Program-made: the position numbers and the translations under genes
Assembly: GCA_003132305.1 (NCBI GenBank)
Contig: PKXJ01000011.1
Span: forward strand, 48,977-112,976
DNA: 64,000 nt
Origin: Acidimicrobiaceae bacterium
GTDB lineage: Bacteria > Actinomycetota > Acidimicrobiia > Acidimicrobiales > RAAP-2
Reading direction: 5' to 3'
The notes under the pieces: generated by a model
What the model saw: the letters and a program-made list of their open reading frames with translations, nothing else
Told to the model about the DNA's origin: nothing
The model's database searches: none
In this document: positions 26,865 through 36,120 of the stretch, one piece after another
How positions within the stretch are numbered: the first letter of the stretch is position 1
Layout: every line of letters begins with the position of its first letter

Positions 26865-27589
26865 TTGCCCAGCAGTTTGCCCACGCCAATGGCGAGGAAG
26901 TAGAAGACGACCAGTGGTATGGCGAGCGCCAACATCGACAGTGGGTCGCCGCTCGGGGTAAAGACCGCTGACGCCACGGTGATGGCGATGACGGTGTAAC
27001 GCCACGAACGCAAGAGTTGGGCCGGCGTCACTATGTTGACTAGCTCCAGGGCCAACAAGACCACGGGAAACAGAAACGTCACGCCGAAGATGAACATCAT
27101 CAAGAGAAAGAGCGTGAGGTACTGGTTGGGGTTGTACTCGGTCATTAGCGTCGATCCGCCGATGGCCTTGAGGAAGTGGATGGCGTGACCGAAACTGAAG
27201 TACGCCACCACGACACCGGCACTGAAGAAGACGATCGATGCCGTGACGAAGGGAACGATGTAACGGCGTTCCTTCGCCTTCAGCCCCGGCGTGACGAATC
27301 GCCAGACCTGCCAGAGGATGACCGGCAGCGAGACCAGGAAGCCCCCGAAGAAGGCGATTTTCACTCGCAGCGTGAGTCCGTCGAGTGGGTTCGTCACCAA
27401 GAACTTGCAGTGCCCGGGAACGGCCGCGCAGTACGGATTTTGAAGGATCTTTAGCAAGTTGGGATAGAAGATGAAGCCGAGAAAAGCAAAGACCGTAATC
27501 GTGACGGCCATGACCAGGAAACGATGTCGAAGTTCGGCTAAATGCTCGGCCAGCGTCATGCCACTTTCGGCGCGGCGAAATTTTGCCAT
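26861..27589 (-). CDS. tatC: twin-arginine translocase subunit TatC
   Basis: 242 aa, 6 TM. N-terminal LAEHLAELRHR and the PGL.. motifs of TatC. Confidence 0.9.
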   Translation of the reverse strand: MAKFRRAESGMTLAEHLAELRHRFLVMAVTITVFAFLGFIFYPNLLKILQNPYCAAVPGHCKFLVTNPLDGLTLRVKIAFFGGFLVSLPVILWQVWRFVTPGLKAKERRYIVPFVTASIVFFSAGVVVAYFSFGHAIHFLKAIGGSTLMTEYNPNQYLTLFLLMMFIFGVTFLFPVVLLALELVNIVTPAQLLRSWRYTVIAITVASAVFTPSGDPLSMLALAIPLVVFYFLAIGVGKLLGK

Positions 27590-27595
27590 CGAGGA

Positions 27596-27994
27596 CTAGT
27601 TGAGCGACGGATCGGGCGGCAACGTGGCCTCGTCGGCGCGCGTCAACGGTGGCGTCGGGAGTCGCGGCGAGGTAAAGAGCGCCGGCGACTCCTCCTCGGC
27701 GGTGTCACTCGCGGATTCAGCCGACATCGCGTCGGCCGCTTCCTTGGCGTCGACTCGATCGGCCAACTGATTCAAGAGATTGACTGGGCTGCGAGCGATT
27801 CGAGCAATATCGCCGGTACTAGGCAGATCGGGGATCGCTTCACGAACTTCGGCTTCAACCTTCTCTTGAAGGTTCTTGATGGCACGCCACGCGGCGCCTA
27901 ATTTGTGCGCCACCTCGGGAAGTTTGTCCGGACCCATCAGCAGCATGATCACGCCCACTATCACCATGAGTTTTATAGGACTCAAACTGAACAC
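27596..27994 (-). CDS. tatA: twin-arginine translocase TatA/TatB-family subunit
   Basis: N-terminal TM plus amphipathic helix (MVIVGVIMLLMGPDKLPEVAHKLGAAWRAIK). At 132 aa it is long for TatA and could be TatB-like. Confidence 0.8.
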   Translation of the reverse strand: MFSLSPIKLMVIVGVIMLLMGPDKLPEVAHKLGAAWRAIKNLQEKVEAEVREAIPDLPSTGDIARIARSPVNLLNQLADRVDAKEAADAMSAESASDTAEEESPALFTSPRLPTPPLTRADEATLPPDPSLN

Positions 27995-28026
27995 GATTCC
28001 ATTGTAGGGCGCGAACCCTCAAGGTT

Positions 28027-28331
28027 TTAGAGCCAGGCGACGCGAGAAAGTGGCCACAATCTTACGAAGGCCTTGCCGATGATGTCCGAGCGCGGTACCC
28101 CTGCCCAACTTCGACTGTCGCACGCGTCGGAGTGGTTGTCGCCCAGCACGAAGTACTGATTCGCCGATACCGTCACGCGTACGAACGCCCGAGCAATGAA
28201 ACCTTCACCGCCGCGATGACGACGACCCACTCGCCCACGGCGCGCCACCTCGAAACAACACTGGGGCTCTGCTCGAAAGTCACCCGGTCGGGCGCCACGA
28301 CGTCAGAAGTGACGGGAGGTACTTCGGGCAC
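28027..28331 (-). pseudogene. lepB: decayed signal peptidase I (lepB, S26) relic
   Basis: One frame gives an N-terminal anchor, ...SRWRAVGEWVVVIAAVKVSLLGRSYA*. A second frame gives ...GFIARAFVRVTVSANQYFVLGDNHSDACDSRSWAGVPRSDIIGKAFVRLWPLSRVAWL* (S26 box E: GDNxxxSxDSRxxGxVP). The catalytic Ser (SGSM) and Lys (KRxxG) boxes are absent. Only about 300 nt are available between tatA and pafA. Confidence 0.6.
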
Positions 28332-28349
28332 GAATGCAGATTACTTGTC

Positions 28350-29720
28350 TCACCCGTGGCGTTCGAGCGAAGCCAAGAGCTTTTGGAAACGCTCATCGGT
28401 GCTCTTGAAGGGATCTTTTAACAGCACGGTCCGTTGCATCTCGTCGTTCAGTTTGAGGTGCACCCAGTCCACCGTGTAGTCACGACGCCACTGTTTGGCC
28501 GCTTGAATAAACGTGCCTCGCATGTGCGCGCGCGTCGTCGGTGGCGGCGTCGTCGTGGCGAGTTCCACCTGCTCGTCGCTCACCATGCGCTCAAAGTGAC
28601 CCCGAGCGGAGCGGCGATAGAAGAGTCCGCGATCGAGGTTGGTGTCGTGATAGATCAAGTCGATGAGAGCGATCTTGGGGTCGTTCAGCTCGACGCCGCT
28701 GCGTTCGCGTTCACGATCGATGATTTGCAGCTTGGCAATCCAGTCAACGCGATCCGCGAGCCCCATGGGGTCGCTGCGGTACTGCTCAATCACTTCTCGC
28801 CACAGTCGAACGGCGTGTACCTGATCGGTCGGTAGATCCCGAACTTCGACGAACTTCTCCGCGCGCTCGCAGAGGTCCTCTTGAATCTCGAGGGCTGTCA
28901 AGTCCCGGCCGTTCATGAGCTTCACCGGTTCCTTGCTCCAGAGGTCGTAGGAGATATCGCGTAGGGCGTTGATGGGCGAGGCCATCGAGTAGTCGCGCAA
29001 CTGGATGATGTCGTCTTCAATCATCGCCAGGACCACCGAGGCCGTGCCAATTTTGAGGTAGGTGGCGAACTCACTCATGTTCGAGTCACCCACGATGACA
29101 TGGAGCCTTCGGAACTTCTCGGGGTCCGCGTGCGGTTCGTCGCGCGTGTTGATGATCGGGCGACTCCTGGTGGTCGCCGACGAAATAGCTTCCCAAATGT
29201 GCTCCGCGCGCTGGCTCATGGAGTACGCGGTTCCCTTGGCGTTGGTGACGACTTTGCCCGCTCCGGTAAAGATCTGGCGACTGATGAGAAAGGGGATGAA
29301 GACATTCTCGAGTCGACTCAGGTCTTCAATTCGCTCGATGCAGTAGTTCTCGTGACAGCCGTAAGAGTTGCCCGTCGAGTCGGTGTTGTTCTTGAACAGA
29401 TAGATATCGCCGCGAATGCCTTCGTCGCTCAGTTGGGCCTGCGCGTAGCCAACCAGTTCACGAAGTATCGACTCACCCGCCTTGTCCTGGGCGACTAAGT
29501 CACTCAACGAGTCGCACTCGGCGGTGGCGTACTCGGGGTGGCTACCCACGTCGAGATAGAGTCGACTCCCGTTTTCGAGAAAGACGTTGGACGAACGACC
29601 CCAGGCGACAACCTTGCGAAAGAGGAACCGCGAGACCTCGTCGGGGCTCAGTCGACGTTGTCCGCGCAGTGAGAACGTGATGCCGTACTCAGTTTCTACG
29701 CCGTAAATTCTCCGCAACAT
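28350..29720 (-). CDS. pafA: Pup--protein ligase PafA
   Basis: 456 aa. N-terminus RRIYGVETEYGITF..RRLSPDEVSRFLFRKVVAWGRSSNVFLENGSRLYLDVGSHPEYATAECDS is near-collinear with mycobacterial PafA as I remember it. Confidence 0.9.
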   Translation of the reverse strand: MLRRIYGVETEYGITFSLRGQRRLSPDEVSRFLFRKVVAWGRSSNVFLENGSRLYLDVGSHPEYATAECDSLSDLVAQDKAGESILRELVGYAQAQLSDEGIRGDIYLFKNNTDSTGNSYGCHENYCIERIEDLSRLENVFIPFLISRQIFTGAGKVVTNAKGTAYSMSQRAEHIWEAISSATTRSRPIINTRDEPHADPEKFRRLHVIVGDSNMSEFATYLKIGTASVVLAMIEDDIIQLRDYSMASPINALRDISYDLWSKEPVKLMNGRDLTALEIQEDLCERAEKFVEVRDLPTDQVHAVRLWREVIEQYRSDPMGLADRVDWIAKLQIIDRERERSGVELNDPKIALIDLIYHDTNLDRGLFYRRSARGHFERMVSDEQVELATTTPPPTTRAHMRGTFIQAAKQWRRDYTVDWVHLKLNDEMQRTVLLKDPFKSTDERFQKLLASLERHG

Positions 29721-29739
29721 AACGTGGCCCGAGCTGAAC

Positions 29740-30417
29740 TCAGCTCAGGAGCTCGCTTACTTGTTGGTCGGTAAGTCGCAAGAACGTGCGCCGACTGCCG
29801 CGGTCCTCGAGGATGCCCACTTCTAACTCCTCGATCGGAATGACGCGATCGGGTCCCGAGAGGGCACTCGAAGCGTTGTGCAACGTGGTCGAGAGTGATT
29901 GCACCGAGTCCTCCGAGAGCGCGAAACGCTCCTTGATCGTCTCGGCGTCGCCACCCAGTACCGCGAAGCGTGGTTCGTCAGAGATAGTGCCCTCGTAGGC
30001 CACGCGGTAGAGCTTGGTGGGGCGAAGCTTGTTGCCCAGTTGCGCCACCAGAATCTCCACCTCCAGGGGTTTTTGGCCCTCCGTGAACATGTCGCCAAGG
30101 TGCTGAGCGTAGTAGTTGGCGAGCGCGCGAGCGTCCACGTCTTCACGAGAGTACGTAAAACCCGTGAAGTCGGCCCAGCGGATACCGGCTTCTCGAAGAC
30201 GATCGAACTCGTTGTACTTGCCCACGCCCGCGAAGGCGATGCGGTCGTAGACCTCCGAGATCTTGTTCAGCGACGCCGAGGGGTTCTCCGCCACCAGCAC
30301 GACCCCTTTGTCGTAGATGGCCGCGACGATGGAACGTCCCCGAGCGATGCCCTTTTGGGCGAACTCGGCCCGATCCTTGATGAGTTGCTCGGGTGAAACG
30401 TAGAAGTAGGTACTCAT
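29740..30417 (-). CDS. prcA: 20S proteasome alpha subunit
   Basis: 225 aa. YFYVSPEQLIKDRAEFAQKGIARGRS..VAENPS..LNKISEVYDRIAFAGVGKYNEFD matches actinobacterial PrcA. Confidence 0.9.
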   Translation of the reverse strand: MSTYFYVSPEQLIKDRAEFAQKGIARGRSIVAAIYDKGVVLVAENPSASLNKISEVYDRIAFAGVGKYNEFDRLREAGIRWADFTGFTYSREDVDARALANYYAQHLGDMFTEGQKPLEVEILVAQLGNKLRPTKLYRVAYEGTISDEPRFAVLGGDAETIKERFALSEDSVQSLSTTLHNASSALSGPDRVIPIEELEVGILEDRGSRRTFLRLTDQQVSELLS

Positions 30418-31208
30418 CGGAGCGATCCTCCGGCGACGCCGCGTGACTCGGTGCGGCGTTCGTTAATGAGTCGGAACCGCTCGCCCACTTCGGCGGCGGC
30501 GATCTCCTCGAAACCGTCCGCGCTCACGGTGATCATCATCGGAAAGATGTTTCGCACGAAGTCCGGGCCGCCCGTGCTCGGGTCGTTGTCGCCCGCTTCA
30601 TAGAGCGCGAGGGCCCCTAGCTCGAGGGCCCCTTCGAGGTCTAAATCCGCGCGAAAGCCGAGTCGCAGGGCGCCCTCGGCGAAGGGCGAACCGGAGCCGA
30701 TGGTCGCAAAGTCGAAGCGTTCGTAACAGCCGCCGGCCCCGTCGTACTCAAAGATTCGCCCCACCGAGTGACTCTCGTCCCAGCCCGCGAGTAGCGGCAG
30801 CACCAAGAGCGGAGAAGTGAGATTGTTGCGTTGAATAATTGGCGAAAGGTAGTTGGCCTTTCCCTCGAGGCTCAACGCGGAGTCGGTCATCTTCTCGTAG
30901 TGCTCGAAGGAGAGCTGGGCGATCTTGAGAAGTTCGATTCCGCGCGCGGCGCTGCCCGCTATGGCGAGGGCCGTGAAACGATCAGCCGGCTCAATCTTTC
31001 GCACATCACGACTCGCAATGTAGTTTCCGGTGGCCTGGCGATCGCCGACCATGACGACGCCCGCGTTGTAGCGAACTGCAATGACGGTCGTCGCGTGGGG
31101 CGTGTCGCTGTGAAGCGCGCTGGGCGACGGATTGAGACCCATGGTGTCGACGTAGTGCCAAAACGAGGGTCCCGGATCTCCGTGAGCGCTGAAGAGCGGC
31201 AGCCCCAC
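30414..31208 (-). CDS. prcB: 20S proteasome beta subunit (with propeptide)
   Basis: 264 aa. Propeptide then the active-site Thr context HA|TTVIAVRY. 4-nt overlap with prcA. Confidence 0.9.
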   Translation of the reverse strand: MGLPLFSAHGDPGPSFWHYVDTMGLNPSPSALHSDTPHATTVIAVRYNAGVVMVGDRQATGNYIASRDVRKIEPADRFTALAIAGSAARGIELLKIAQLSFEHYEKMTDSALSLEGKANYLSPIIQRNNLTSPLLVLPLLAGWDESHSVGRIFEYDGAGGCYERFDFATIGSGSPFAEGALRLGFRADLDLEGALELGALALYEAGDNDPSTGGPDFVRNIFPMMITVSADGFEEIAAAEVGERFRLINERRTESRGVAGGSLR

Positions 31209-31210
31209 GC

Positions 31211-31405
31211 CTACTCTCCGCCTTTTTGTACGTAGTTACGTACGAACTCCTCAGCGTTCTCTTCGAGAACTTCGTCGATCTCGTCGAGCAAGTCGTCAAG
31301 ATCGGCCTTGAGTTGGTCTCCCTTAGTCGCGTCAACGGAAACCTCGCTGGCGGTGTTGCTCGCGCGCTCGCTACGCTGTTTTTGAATTCGCTCTCGTTCA
31401 CTCAT
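31211..31405 (-). CDS. pup: prokaryotic ubiquitin-like protein Pup (C-terminal GGE)
   Basis: 64 aa, acidic/disordered. DDLLDEIDEVLEENAEEFVRNYVQKGGE* with a terminal Gly-Gly-Glu. 2 nt upstream of prcB. Confidence 0.9.
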   Translation of the reverse strand: MSERERIQKQRSERASNTASEVSVDATKGDQLKADLDDLLDEIDEVLEENAEEFVRNYVQKGGE

Positions 31406-31414
31406 ACGTCAGTT

Positions 31415-32902
31415 CTACCTGTCTAGTGCGTCAAGAAGTTCACTTGCCGTCGCACTTGTTTCTAGCAACTCCGAGGTGAGGTCATGGGTACCCCTCAAGG
31501 GATCGAGCATTGGCACGCGCTGCAAGGGTCCCTCGCCGAGATCAAAAACGACCGAATCCCAGTTGGCAGCAACGATCTGTTCGGGAAATCGTGCCACGCA
31601 TTGGCCGCGAAAGTAGGCTCGCGTACTGAACGGAGGATTGTGAACGGCTTCACGAACGGCCACGTCGCGACACAAATTTCGAAGTCCCACTCGTTGGGCG
31701 AGGGAGTGCGTAGGGCGAAGATCGTGGTACTGAAGATCGATGGCGCGCAACTTCGCGTCGTGGTCGCTCAGTGAGTATCGCTCTTGGTAACCGTTCACCA
31801 CGCGAAGTTTTGCCACCCAGTCCACCCGATCGGCGACCGCGTCACGATCGTCGAGTACGCCGTCGAGCATTTCGCGCCACTGGGTCATGATGAGTTCGAC
31901 CTCGTCCGGTTCGGCGACGGCGCTCGCGCCCGTCCGGACCACGTAGTCCCTCGCCACGTGCCACAGCTCGTCTTGAAAGTCCCACGCACTTCGAGAGCGC
32001 TCGTCGTCACAAGGCACCGACTCGCGCAGCGTGAGGTCTCTCGAGAAAGCGCGAACGGCGTGCACCGGCGAGCGGGGCTGGGCCGGGAACGAGAGAGGGC
32101 CAAACTCTTCGAGGGCGGCGAGGAGAAGTGCCGTCGAGCCGAGTTTCACGAACGTCGCGACTTGACTCATGTTGGCGTCCCCGATGATCACGTGAAGGCG
32201 TCGAAAACGTTCGGGGTCGCTGTGCGGTTCGTCGCGCGTGTTGATGATGGGACGCTTGAGCGTCGTCTCGAGACCCACGATCTCCTCAAAGAACTCCGCG
32301 CGTTGGGAAAGTTGAAAGGGCGGGTTGAACTCGAGGGCTGCTTCCGTCTCCGCACCCACTTTTCCGGCCCCGATGACCACCTGGCGCGAGACGAAGTGCG
32401 GCACCATCGCGCGTACGAGGTGGGCGAACTCGACGTCACGTCGCACGAGATAGTTCTCGTGCGTGCCGTAGGAGTTGCCCTTCCCGTCCGAGTTGTTCTT
32501 ATAGAGCGTGATGGCTTGCGCGGGGTCGAGCGAGTCGTTCGCGATGCCGAGGGCCCGACGCATGATCTCTTCGCCAGCGGCGTCGTAGAGCGTGCCTTCG
32601 AGAGGCGTACGACACTCGGGCGACGAGTACTCCGGGTGCGCGTGATCGACGTAGAGCCGCGCGCCGTTGGTTAAGACGGTGTTGGCGAGGTGGGTCTCCA
32701 CGATCGGCGCGAACGAGGTCAGGTCCACGCGGCCCCGAGCGTCCATCTCTGGCGTTTCGCCGTCGAAGTCCCAATTGATCCGGGTTCGTCCCTGTTGGGC
32801 GTACGCGTTGACGATGATGCTCGACGAGGTGATGGGGTCGTAGTCCGGTCCGCCAGCGATGCCGTACTCCGTCTCGATGCCGAGAACCTTCGCAATGGCC
32901 AT
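31415..32902 (-). CDS. dop: depupylase/deamidase Dop
   Basis: ATG at 32902 (MAIAKVLGIETEYGI...), 495 aa, paralogous to PafA, positioned directly upstream of pup. The track start at 33136 overlaps mpa and is rejected. Confidence 0.9.
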   Translation of the reverse strand: MAIAKVLGIETEYGIAGGPDYDPITSSSIIVNAYAQQGRTRINWDFDGETPEMDARGRVDLTSFAPIVETHLANTVLTNGARLYVDHAHPEYSSPECRTPLEGTLYDAAGEEIMRRALGIANDSLDPAQAITLYKNNSDGKGNSYGTHENYLVRRDVEFAHLVRAMVPHFVSRQVVIGAGKVGAETEAALEFNPPFQLSQRAEFFEEIVGLETTLKRPIINTRDEPHSDPERFRRLHVIIGDANMSQVATFVKLGSTALLLAALEEFGPLSFPAQPRSPVHAVRAFSRDLTLRESVPCDDERSRSAWDFQDELWHVARDYVVRTGASAVAEPDEVELIMTQWREMLDGVLDDRDAVADRVDWVAKLRVVNGYQERYSLSDHDAKLRAIDLQYHDLRPTHSLAQRVGLRNLCRDVAVREAVHNPPFSTRAYFRGQCVARFPEQIVAANWDSVVFDLGEGPLQRVPMLDPLRGTHDLTSELLETSATASELLDALDR

Positions 32903-32906
32903 GGAG

Positions 32907-34652
32907 CTAGAGGTACTGTCCGGTGCCCACGTGTTGGATTGAGCGACCACCCTTCTCGTCATCCTCTTCACGATTGATGAGCGTGCGAATAAAGATGATC
33001 CGCTCGCCCTTCTTACCCGAGATTCGAGCCCAGTCGTCGGGGTTGGTCGTGTTCGGCAGGTCTTCATTCTCACGGAACTCTTGGCGAATCGACTCGAAGA
33101 GGTCTTCCTTGCGTAACCCCCTACCCTGATCGGCAATCTCTCGTTTCACGGCGATCTTTTTCGCACGACGTACGATGTTCTCGATCATCGCGCCCGAGGC
33201 GAAGTCCTTGAAGTACAGGACCTCCTTATCGCCTCCCTGGTACGTCACTTCGAGGAAGCGGTTCTCGTCGTCGATGCGGAACATGTGCGACACGGTCTCT
33301 TCGATTATCGACTGGACCGCCTTCGCTCGGTCACCGCCGCCAAGTTCTCGAACCGTCGCCTCGTCGAGGGGCAGATTAACGTGCAGGTAGCGCTGGAAGA
33401 TCTGCGCGGCCGCGTCGGCGTCGGGGCGTTCGATCTTGATCTTCACGTCGAGTCGACCGGGTCGAAGTATCGCGGGGTCGATCAAGTCCTCGCGGTTGGT
33501 GGCACCAATGACGATCACGTCGCGCAACGACTCCACGCCGTCAATTTCGGCGAGTAGTTGGGGCACGATCGTCGACTCCATGTCCGAGCTGATCCCCGTG
33601 CCGCGCGTGCGAAAGAGCGAGTCCATTTCGTCGAAGAAGACAATGACCGGCACGCCCTCTTCGGCTTTTTCCCTGGCTCGCTGAAAGACGACGCGAATCT
33701 GGCGTTCGGTTTCGCCCACGTACTTGTTCAGCAGTTCGGGTCCCTTGATATTCAGAAAGTACGAGCGAACGTTGCGATTACCCGTTAGTTCGCCCACCTT
33801 CTGTGACAGTGAGTTTGCCACGGCCTTGGCGATCAGCGTCTTGCCACAGCCCGGAGGACCGTAGAGCAAGATCCCCTTTGGCGCGGGCAGGTCGTAGTCG
33901 TGAAAGAGGGCCCGGTGCAGGTAGGGCAACTCCACGGCGTCGGTGATGGCCTCGATCTGCGCGTCCAGGCCCCCGACGTCGGCGTAGCTAATGTCGGGAA
34001 CTTCCTCGAGAATCAGCTCCTCGGCTTCTTGGCGAATGAGCTTCTCGGTGAGCAAGTTCGAGCGAAGATCCAGGAGCAACGCGTCGCCGCTTCGCAGCTT
34101 CACTGAACGCAAAGCCTCGGCGAGTTCGACGACGCGCTCTTCGTCGGCTCGGCCGTAGACGAGGACGCGCCGTTCGTCGAGCACTTCTTTCACCGTGACC
34201 ACTTCGCCCTGACCATCCGCGTCGCGCACGCCGATCACCGTGAAGGACTCGTTTAAGACGACTTCGTCGCCGCGGGCAATCTGCGCGGGATCGAGACCGG
34301 GGTGCAGCGCCACTCGCATCTTGCGGCCCGAGGCGAAGATGTCCACCGAACCGTCCTCGTTGAATCCCGTAAAGGTGCCGTAGACGGCGGGCGGTTGCGT
34401 CAACTTTTCAACTTCGTCACGCAGCGCCGCGATCTGGTCACGGGTCTGTTGAATCGTGATCGTCAATTTTTCGTTGTTAGAACGGCTCTGGGAAAGTTGA
34501 CCTCTCGCTTCGAGGAGCTTCTCTTCGAGTGATTCAATGCGACGGTTGGCCTGTTCGACGTCGCTCAAGGTGAGGTCCCGTGGCGAACTGGGCGCCACGG
34601 GATTGTCGCGCTCGCCACGCGGAGAATCGTTAAACCCTTGGGTTCCGTCCAT
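32907..34652 (-). CDS. mpa: proteasome-associated AAA+ ATPase Mpa/ARC
   Basis: 581 aa. N-terminal coiled coil, Walker A GPPGCGKT, Walker [11 protein letters not shown]-terminal ...GTGQYL* (the QYL proteasome-docking tail). Confidence 0.9.
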   Translation of the reverse strand: MDGTQGFNDSPRGERDNPVAPSSPRDLTLSDVEQANRRIESLEEKLLEARGQLSQSRSNNEKLTITIQQTRDQIAALRDEVEKLTQPPAVYGTFTGFNEDGSVDIFASGRKMRVALHPGLDPAQIARGDEVVLNESFTVIGVRDADGQGEVVTVKEVLDERRVLVYGRADEERVVELAEALRSVKLRSGDALLLDLRSNLLTEKLIRQEAEELILEEVPDISYADVGGLDAQIEAITDAVELPYLHRALFHDYDLPAPKGILLYGPPGCGKTLIAKAVANSLSQKVGELTGNRNVRSYFLNIKGPELLNKYVGETERQIRVVFQRAREKAEEGVPVIVFFDEMDSLFRTRGTGISSDMESTIVPQLLAEIDGVESLRDVIVIGATNREDLIDPAILRPGRLDVKIKIERPDADAAAQIFQRYLHVNLPLDEATVRELGGGDRAKAVQSIIEETVSHMFRIDDENRFLEVTYQGGDKEVLYFKDFASGAMIENIVRRAKKIAVKREIADQGRGLRKEDLFESIRQEFRENEDLPNTTNPDDWARISGKKGERIIFIRTLINREEDDEKGGRSIQHVGTGQYL

Positions 34653-34751
34653 ATCGCCACCCTAGGGGAGGAGCCAACTCGGCGGAGGTCACGTTTTGAA
34701 CCGCTCTCCCACTAGAGTGACGAGACGCAATTCGCCACGGAGGGCACGTAA

Positions 34752-34988
34752 ATGAAGGTTTGGATTGACCAAGACCTCTGCACGGGGGACGGACTCTGCG
34801 AAGAGATCTGTCCTTCGGTCTTCACGTTGCTCGACGACGGACTCGCCTACGTAAAGCAGGGTGCTGACGTTAAGAGCAGTCCCGGCGGGGCTGAGGGCGT
34901 GGCCGTAGTGCCCTCGGAGTTTGAAGACGCCGTCGTTGAGGCCTCCGAAGAGTGCCCCGGCGAGTGCATCTTTATTGAACGCGACTAG
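34752..34988 (+). CDS. small single-cluster ferredoxin
   Basis: 78 aa. Cys pattern C-x5-C-x3-CP ... CPGEC. Confidence 0.8.
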   Translation: MKVWIDQDLCTGDGLCEEICPSVFTLLDDGLAYVKQGADVKSSPGGAEGVAVVPSEFEDAVVEASEECPGECIFIERD

Positions 34989-35860
34989 TCGCTCTCGAGT
35001 CGGCCCACCAGGCGCCGTGCGGACGTCAAGAATCCCGTGTGCGCCACCATTCGATGGTCGGGCCGTACCGAGCGGCCGTCAATGTGCCAGGTTCGCCTGA
35101 GGATCTCGACGGTTTCTTCCAGTCCGAACGAGTTGTGGTGCAACGCTTCGCGCAGGCGTTGGGTCTGATTGATCGTGGGCAGATACGCCAGGAGTATCCC
35201 GCCCGGGCGAAGAGCATCTTCGGCGTGCTTGACGACGTCCCAGGGTTCGGGCATGTCGAGGATCACGCGGTCGAGGTCGACCTCGTCGATGCCCTCGGTC
35301 ACGTCACGTATCTGGACGTCGTACTCCACGTTCTCCCCCAACATGTCGTGGACGTTCTTAATGGCGTGCTGGGCGAAGTCTTCGCGAATCTCGTAGGCGG
35401 TGATGAGCGCGCCGGCTCGAAGCAGCGTCATCGACAGCGCGCCCGATCCCACGCCCGCTTCGAGTACCCGCATTCCGGGTCCCACGTCGGCTTGCATGAG
35501 AATCGCGCCGAGGTCTTTGGGGTAGATAACCTGCGCGCCGCGAGGCATCTTCAGTACCACGTCCGAGAGCGTAGGTCGCAACACCAAGAATGCGCGTTCG
35601 GTGCTGGACTTGATCAGCGATCCCTCGAGGGCCCCGATCACGTCGTCGTGCTGGACGATGCCAGCGTGGGTGTGAAAGGCCGAACCCTCTTTCAGCGTGA
35701 CGAGGTAGTGCCGATCCTTCGCGTCGATGAGCATGACGCGCTCGCCCGCGCCCAGTAGCGCACCCGTCACGCTTTCTCGCTCTTCAAACGCTTGGCAGAC
35801 TTCGCCGAGCGCGAGTCGAAGATTCGAAACAGCACGACACCCAGAGCGATGGTGAGCCAC
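34985..35860 (-). CDS. trmI: tRNA (adenine58-N1)-methyltransferase TrmI
   Basis: SAM motif VLEAGVGSGALS, MPRGAQVIYPKD and DMPEPW, collinear with mycobacterial Rv2118c as recalled. The exact start is uncertain. Confidence 0.8.
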   Translation of the reverse strand: MAHHRSGCRAVSNLRLALGEVCQAFEERESVTGALLGAGERVMLIDAKDRHYLVTLKEGSAFHTHAGIVQHDDVIGALEGSLIKSSTERAFLVLRPTLSDVVLKMPRGAQVIYPKDLGAILMQADVGPGMRVLEAGVGSGALSMTLLRAGALITAYEIREDFAQHAIKNVHDMLGENVEYDVQIRDVTEGIDEVDLDRVILDMPEPWDVVKHAEDALRPGGILLAYLPTINQTQRLREALHHNSFGLEETVEILRRTWHIDGRSVRPDHRMVAHTGFLTSARRLVGRLESD

Positions 35861-35931
35861 TTGGGCGACTTCTGCGCCCAGGCGCGACCGAGCGCTGCCG
35901 CCGCGGCAATTCGAAAGACGCGACGAAGCAC

Positions 35932-36120
35932 TTAGGCCTTCTTACGTACGCGGCGCCCGCGAATCCGGCCCCAGATGTATCCGGTGACGACGCCGCCCAG
36001 TCCGACCGCCGCCACCGTGGGTTTCGAAGAGGTCATCGAGTTCCCCAGCTGCACTTGGTCGGGCAAGAACGAGCGCAGCGATGCCTCCAACTGGCGCCGA
36101 GTACTGGACTGTTGGCTCAC
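35932..36120 (-). CDS. small tail-anchored membrane protein
   Basis: GTG at 36120 overlaps the upstream stop (GTGA). 62 aa ending in a TM plus basic tail (AAVGLGGVVTGYIWGRIRGRRVRKKA). The track ORF from 36333 overlaps the neighbouring gene out of frame. Confidence 0.4.
   Translation of the reverse strand: MSQQSSTRRQLEASLRSFLPDQVQLGNSMTSSKPTVAAVGLGGVVTGYIWGRIRGRRVRKKA

Noticed and set aside
28132-28479. 115-aa plus-strand ORF between tatA and pafA
   Set aside because: It is antisense to the lepB relic and the pafA 3' end, with no motifs. The minus-strand S26 similarity explains the region better.
31415-33136. Long N-terminal extensions offered by the track for dop; also helY (to 27005), tkt (from 36747), LOG (from 41890), GS-like (from 11505), acs (to 57444), gltB (to 51166), trpD (from 62303) and CHAD (to 4614)
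   Set aside because: The extensions overlap neighbouring genes and/or have junk-like composition. Internal starts with RBS or stop-start coupling give proteins that begin at the conserved family N-termini.
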